Of a stretch of 64,000 bases of DNA, positions 60,069 to 64,000 are shown one piece after another. Below the pieces are notes generated by a model. The model did no database searches, had not been told where the DNA came from, and was given only the letters and a program-made list of their open reading frames with translations. Both the position numbers and the translations under genes were made by a program. Within the stretch, counting starts at the first letter, position 1, and each line of letters begins with the position of its first letter. The stretch is from Candidatus Latescibacterota bacterium (GTDB lineage: Bacteria; Latescibacterota; UBA2968; UBA8231), in assembly GCA_965215195.1 (NCBI GenBank), contig CBDCDC010000001.1, positions 1,184,001-1,248,000 of the forward strand, given 5' to 3'.

Positions 60069-60830
60069 ATGGCCGACTTCACCATCCGCGATTTGCTGGA
60101 AGCCGGGACCCACTTCGGGCACCAGACCCGGCGTTGGAACCCCAAAATGCGGCCCTACATCTTCACCGAGCGCAACGGCATCCACATCATTGACCTGCAA
60201 AAGACGGTCGGCAAGGTCGAAGCCGCTTGCGAGGCCGTGCGCCAGACGGTGCGCGCCGGGCGCGCCGTGTTCTTCGTCGGCACGAAGAAGCAGGCCGCTG
60301 ATCTCGTGCGGCAGGAAGCCGAGCGCTGCGGCATGTTTCACGTCACCGAGCGCTGGCTCGGCGGGATGTTGACCAACTGGCAAACCATTCGCCAGAGCAT
60401 CCGGCACCTAGAGCATCTCGACCGCATCTCGACCGACGGGACCTACGAGAACTTAAAGAAAAAAGAGGTCCTGCTGCTCGAAAAAGCGCGCGCCCGGCTC
60501 CAGCGGACCTTGGCCGGTATCCGCAACATGGGCGGCCTGCCCGGCTTGGTCTTTATCATAGACATCAAGAAGGAGCACATCGCAGTGCGCGAGGCGGCCA
60601 AGCTGGGCATTCCCTCGGTGGCCATCGTCGATACCAACTGCGATCCCGACTTGGTGACCTATCCGATCCCCGGCAACGACGATGCCATCCGCTCAATCGG
60701 CCTCGTCACGCGCCTGATCGCCGACGCGGTGATTGAGGGCAAGGCCGAGGCCGAGGCCGAGAAAGCGGCCCGCGCCGACAAGCAAGCAGCCGAAGAGACC
60801 CCGGCGGATGTAGCCGAAGCTACCGCATAG
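60069..60830 (+). CDS. rpsB: 30S ribosomal protein S2
   Basis: [28 protein letters not shown]. Confidence 0.98.
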   Translation: MADFTIRDLLEAGTHFGHQTRRWNPKMRPYIFTERNGIHIIDLQKTVGKVEAACEAVRQTVRAGRAVFFVGTKKQAADLVRQEAERCGMFHVTERWLGGMLTNWQTIRQSIRHLEHLDRISTDGTYENLKKKEVLLLEKARARLQRTLAGIRNMGGLPGLVFIIDIKKEHIAVREAAKLGIPSVAIVDTNCDPDLVTYPIPGNDDAIRSIGLVTRLIADAVIEGKAEAEAEKAARADKQAAEETPADVAEATA

Positions 60831-60861
60831 CTAAACCAACTACTTTTGAAAGTAAGCGACG

Positions 60862-61464
60862 ATGACTCAGATTACCGCACAAAGCGTCCGAATGCTCCGG
60901 CAGAAGACGGGCTTGGGCATGATGGATTGCAAGAAGGCCCTGCAAGAGACCGGCGGCGACAGCGAAAAGGCCATTGAGTACTTGCGCAAGCAGGGCCTGT
61001 CCGCCGTGGAGAAGCGGGCCGGCCGCGACGCCAGCGAGGGGCTGATCCAAGCGTATATTCACCAAGGCAGCCGCCTCGGCGTACTGCTAGAGGTCAACTG
61101 CGAAACCGACTTCGTCGCCCGCACCGACGACTTCCAAGCCTTTGTCAAGGACGTGGCCATGCACATTGCCGCCTCCCAGCCGTTGGCCGTCTCTCGGGAG
61201 GGCATTCCCGCCGCTGTCGTGGAAAGGGAGCGGGCCATCTACCTCGAACAGGCCAAAAACGAGGGCAAGCCCGAGCACATTGCCGAGAAAATCGTCGCGG
61301 GCCGCCTGGAGAAATTCTATCAGGAAAATTGCCTGATGGAACAGGTCTTCGTCAAAAATCCCGACCAGACCATTGGCGAATTAGTCTCCGAGATAACCGC
61401 CAAAATCGGCGAGAAAATTACCGTGCGCCGCTTTGAGCGGTTCGTGCTCGGAGAAGACGCCTGA
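60862..61464 (+). CDS. tsf: Elongation factor Ts (short form)
   Basis: GMMDCKKAL, NCETDFVA. Confidence 0.97.
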   Translation: MTQITAQSVRMLRQKTGLGMMDCKKALQETGGDSEKAIEYLRKQGLSAVEKRAGRDASEGLIQAYIHQGSRLGVLLEVNCETDFVARTDDFQAFVKDVAMHIAASQPLAVSREGIPAAVVERERAIYLEQAKNEGKPEHIAEKIVAGRLEKFYQENCLMEQVFVKNPDQTIGELVSEITAKIGEKITVRRFERFVLGEDA

Positions 61465-61482
61465 AAGCACATTGAGGCTGCC

Positions 61483-62043
61483 ATGTTGGAAGAGGTCCTT
61501 GAAACAGTAAAAGAGGGCATGGAGAAGGCCGTTGAGTCCCTGCGCCGCGACTTAGCCTCTATCCGCACGGGGCGGGCCTCGGCCGCCATGCTCGACAACG
61601 TGCGGGTGGATTACTACGGCCAACAGACGCCGCTCAACCAGGTGGCGACGATCAGCGTCCCCGAGCCGCGCTTGTTGGCGATCAAGCCTTGGGAGGCCAC
61701 TCTGATTTCCGCGATTGAAAGGGCCATCCTCGCCGACAAGAGCTTGGGCCTTAACCCGGCCAACGACGGCACCATCATCCGGCTGCCCATTCCCGAGTTG
61801 ACCGAGGAGCGGCGGGTGGAAATCACCAAAGTCGCCCGGCACCGAGCCGAGGAGGGGCGGGTCGCAGTGCGACATGCGCGGCGCGACGGAATAGACCTGC
61901 TCCAGCAAGCCCAAAAGGACGGGGACATCTCTGAAGACGAGTCTCGCAGTGCGCAGAAAAGGGTGCAGGAGTTGACCGCTGAATACGTAGCCGCCATTGA
62001 CGGGATCATCGAGAACAAGGAAAAGGAGATCATGGAGGTCTAG
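61483..62043 (+). CDS. frr: Ribosome recycling factor
   Basis: IRTGRA, VDYYG, LTEERR, KEKEIM. Confidence 0.97.
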   Translation: MLEEVLETVKEGMEKAVESLRRDLASIRTGRASAAMLDNVRVDYYGQQTPLNQVATISVPEPRLLAIKPWEATLISAIERAILADKSLGLNPANDGTIIRLPIPELTEERRVEITKVARHRAEEGRVAVRHARRDGIDLLQQAQKDGDISEDESRSAQKRVQELTAEYVAAIDGIIENKEKEIMEV

Positions 62044-62063
62044 ACGGCCTCTGCTCTCCGGTT

Positions 62064-62948
62064 GTGCAGAAGCATAGCCCCGTTTTGTCGCTCTACTACA
62101 TCCTGTGGTCCATGCGCCCCCGGCAGTGGATCAAGAACGTCTTCGTCTTTCCCGCCCTCGTATTTTCCGAATACCTCTTTGAGATTCCCTACCTAGTGCG
62201 CAGCTTAGGGGCGGCCCTTTGCTTCGTCCTGTTGAGCGGGGCTGTCTATTTGTTCAACGACATCTTCGACCGCCAGTACGACCGCCTGCATCCCAAAAAG
62301 TGCCGCCGGCCGATTGCCGCCGGCCACCTCTCTGTCGCGTTGGCTTGGGGGGCGGCGTTGGTCGCGTTGGCCCTTGCGTTGGCCTGCGCGTTTTGGCTGC
62401 ACCCTCATTTGGGGTGGGTGGCTTCACTCTACGCGGCACTCAACGCGGCGTACTCGCTCCGGCTCAAGCGCGTGGTGTTGGTGGATGTGCTGATCGTGGC
62501 CGCGTGTTACCTGCTGCGCGCTGTCGGCGGCGGCGTGGTCATTGAGGTGTCTATTTCCACTTGGTTTATCGTTTGTATTTTTGCGCTGGTGCTCTTCGTG
62601 GCTGTGGTCAAGCGCCGACAGGAGATCGTGCAACTGGCGGATGCGGCCGCGGATCACCGCGCCATTCTCGAAGAGTACAGCGTACCTTTTCTCGACCAAA
62701 TGATCGCCGTCCTGACTGCCGTGACCATGGTCTGCTACATGCTGTACGCGATGGGAGTGGGCGATACAGAAGACGTGCGATTGCAGTGGACGATCCCCTT
62801 TGTGCTCTACGGCGTGTTGCGCTATCTCTATCTAGTATACCACGAGGGGCAGGGGGACGACCCGACGGCAGTCGTCTGGAGCGATCGGCCTTTGCAGGTC
62901 AATACCTTGCTCTGGTTGGCGGCTAGCGTATTCGGGCTGTACGCCTAA
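62064..62948 (+). CDS. UbiA-family prenyl-phosphate phosphoribosyltransferase
   Basis: RPRQWIKN, YLFND..DRLHPKK..RPIA, KRRQE. Confidence 0.9.
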   Translation: MQKHSPVLSLYYILWSMRPRQWIKNVFVFPALVFSEYLFEIPYLVRSLGAALCFVLLSGAVYLFNDIFDRQYDRLHPKKCRRPIAAGHLSVALAWGAALVALALALACAFWLHPHLGWVASLYAALNAAYSLRLKRVVLVDVLIVAACYLLRAVGGGVVIEVSISTWFIVCIFALVLFVAVVKRRQEIVQLADAAADHRAILEEYSVPFLDQMIAVLTAVTMVCYMLYAMGVGDTEDVRLQWTIPFVLYGVLRYLYLVYHEGQGDDPTAVVWSDRPLQVNTLLWLAASVFGLYA

Positions 62949-62984
62949 CCGAGGCATTGGCATTCTCTTACAGGAGATACGAGT

Positions 62985-63701
62985 ATGGCAGCGAATTTGA
63001 AGCAGAAGATCAAGCGGGGCGAACAGGTGGTGGGGTTTGGCATTCGCGGCGATATCGAACGCGACGCATTCAAGCGAATCGCCGAGTTGGGTGCGTGCGA
63101 TTTTGTCTTTACCGACAGCCAGCACTCGCCCTATAGCGAAGATCGCTTGGTCGCGTTGGCGGGTATGGCCGGGGAGTTGGGGCTGCCCCTGCACTTTCGC
63201 ATCAAGCACACTCGCCATACCTACCTGATCGGCAACTGTTTGGACTTGGGGCCTTCGGGGATCGAAGTGCCGCAGGTAGAGACCGCGGCGACTGCCGAAG
63301 AGGCCGTGGCCAATTTTTACTACTTGCCGCAAGGGGTGCGCAGCCACGGCGGCGGTGCCCGCGTCGGCGACACGAGCAGCGGTCCCCAGGCGTATGCGGA
63401 TTGGTGGAACCAGTACGGGGTACTGTGGCTGCAAGTCGAATCCGCGGCGGCCGCGACTAGTGCATTCAACTTGGCGCGGCCCGGGGTCGATTGCCTCTCC
63501 TTTGGCCCTACGGATCTACAAATGGACCTAAATCACCGGGGCCATCCCCAGATCAAAAGCGTCGACGACTGCGTGCGCCATGTGGTGCAAGCGTTGGAGG
63601 GAACGAGTACGGTAGTCTGTTTCCGCAATGGCACGGCCGAGAGCCGGTCGCGCTATGCCGATATGGGGGTGTGCGTTTTTTTGGAAGCGCCGCCCGTCTA
63701 A
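62985..63701 (+). CDS. HpcH/HpaI aldolase family protein
   Basis: DSQH, LDLG..VPQVE, LQVES, FGPTDL. Confidence 0.85.
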   Translation: MAANLKQKIKRGEQVVGFGIRGDIERDAFKRIAELGACDFVFTDSQHSPYSEDRLVALAGMAGELGLPLHFRIKHTRHTYLIGNCLDLGPSGIEVPQVETAATAEEAVANFYYLPQGVRSHGGGARVGDTSSGPQAYADWWNQYGVLWLQVESAAAATSAFNLARPGVDCLSFGPTDLQMDLNHRGHPQIKSVDDCVRHVVQALEGTSTVVCFRNGTAESRSRYADMGVCVFLEAPPV

Positions 63702-63709
63702 GAGATCGG

Positions 63710-63850
63710 CTAGCGGGCCTGTCCCAGCCCAGCGTACGCCCGGCCCAGCGGCAGGACGAAAGGTTCTTCGCAAGGGCGGAAGGGCACCGTAGCGGCGATT
63801 TCGGCGAGCCGGGCGAGTACTGCGCTGCTCAAGGGGCCGTTGGCGGCCGC
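63710..63850 (-). pseudogene. 3' stub resembling an aldo/keto reductase C-terminus
   Basis: AAANGPLSSAVLARLAEIAATVPFRPCEEPF; no room for a 5' part before the SDR stop. Confidence 0.55.
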
Positions 63851-63866
63851 AGACGGAGCGGATGGA

Positions 63867-64000
63867 TCACCACGCGGTCCAGCCGCCGTCCACTGGTACG
63901 ACGGTCCCGTTGACATAGCCACTAGCCTTTGAGCACAAGAAGAGTAGGGTGGTGGCTAGCTCGGCGGGCTGACCAAAGCGGCCCTGCGGCGTAAAGCTAC
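63867..64000 (-). CDS. SDR oxidoreductase, 3' end (cut by window edge)
   Basis: TPQGRFGQPAEL..FLCSKASGYVNGTVVPVDGGWTAW*. Confidence 0.88.
   Translation of the reverse strand, partial: SFTPQGRFGQPAELATTLLFLCSKASGYVNGTVVPVDGGWTAW

Noticed and set aside
60862-61464. 200-aa EF-Ts as a truncation
   Set aside because: Short EF-Ts is a known normal form in several phyla
2622-63434. Long antisense or alternate-frame ORFs (e.g. 2622..3518, 21282..22388, 43016..43891, 46834..47829)
   Set aside because: Shadow ORFs of GC-rich genes with clear motifs; no motifs or RBS of their own

Overview
GC-rich bacterial chromosome segment. Gene content (FlgD/Ig-tailed secreted protein, sulfatase, Fe(II)/2OG oxygenases, many R-M and TA parts) resembles Latescibacterota-like host-associated bacteria; this is inference only. 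About 1-40 kb is a mosaic accessory/catabolic region: an m4C-type MTase, an AccI-like m6A MTase broken by one in-frame TAA, a type III R-M operon, an AAA-ATPase/PD-(D/E)xK nuclease gene between ~100-bp direct repeats, a stand-alone HEPN protein, catabolic enzymes and low-GC single-gene inserts. About 40-64 kb is mostly core: hemC, cobA-hemD, glnA, hrcA-grpE-dnaJ-mrp-prmA-aroQ, an rnhB-yraN fusion, pyrC, queA, ispDF and rplM-rpsI-rpsB-tsf-frr. Hand translation of the intergenic gaps shows many short gene stubs the ORF track missed (restriction endonuclease, ParE-like toxin, BrnT toxin, C5-MTase, a second res allele, GNAT, kelch, AKR), plus a MITE-like element and REP-like hairpins. CCWGG looks strongly depleted. 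No tRNA, rRNA, CRISPR array, integrase or transposase was seen. Family calls come from motif recognition, not database searches.
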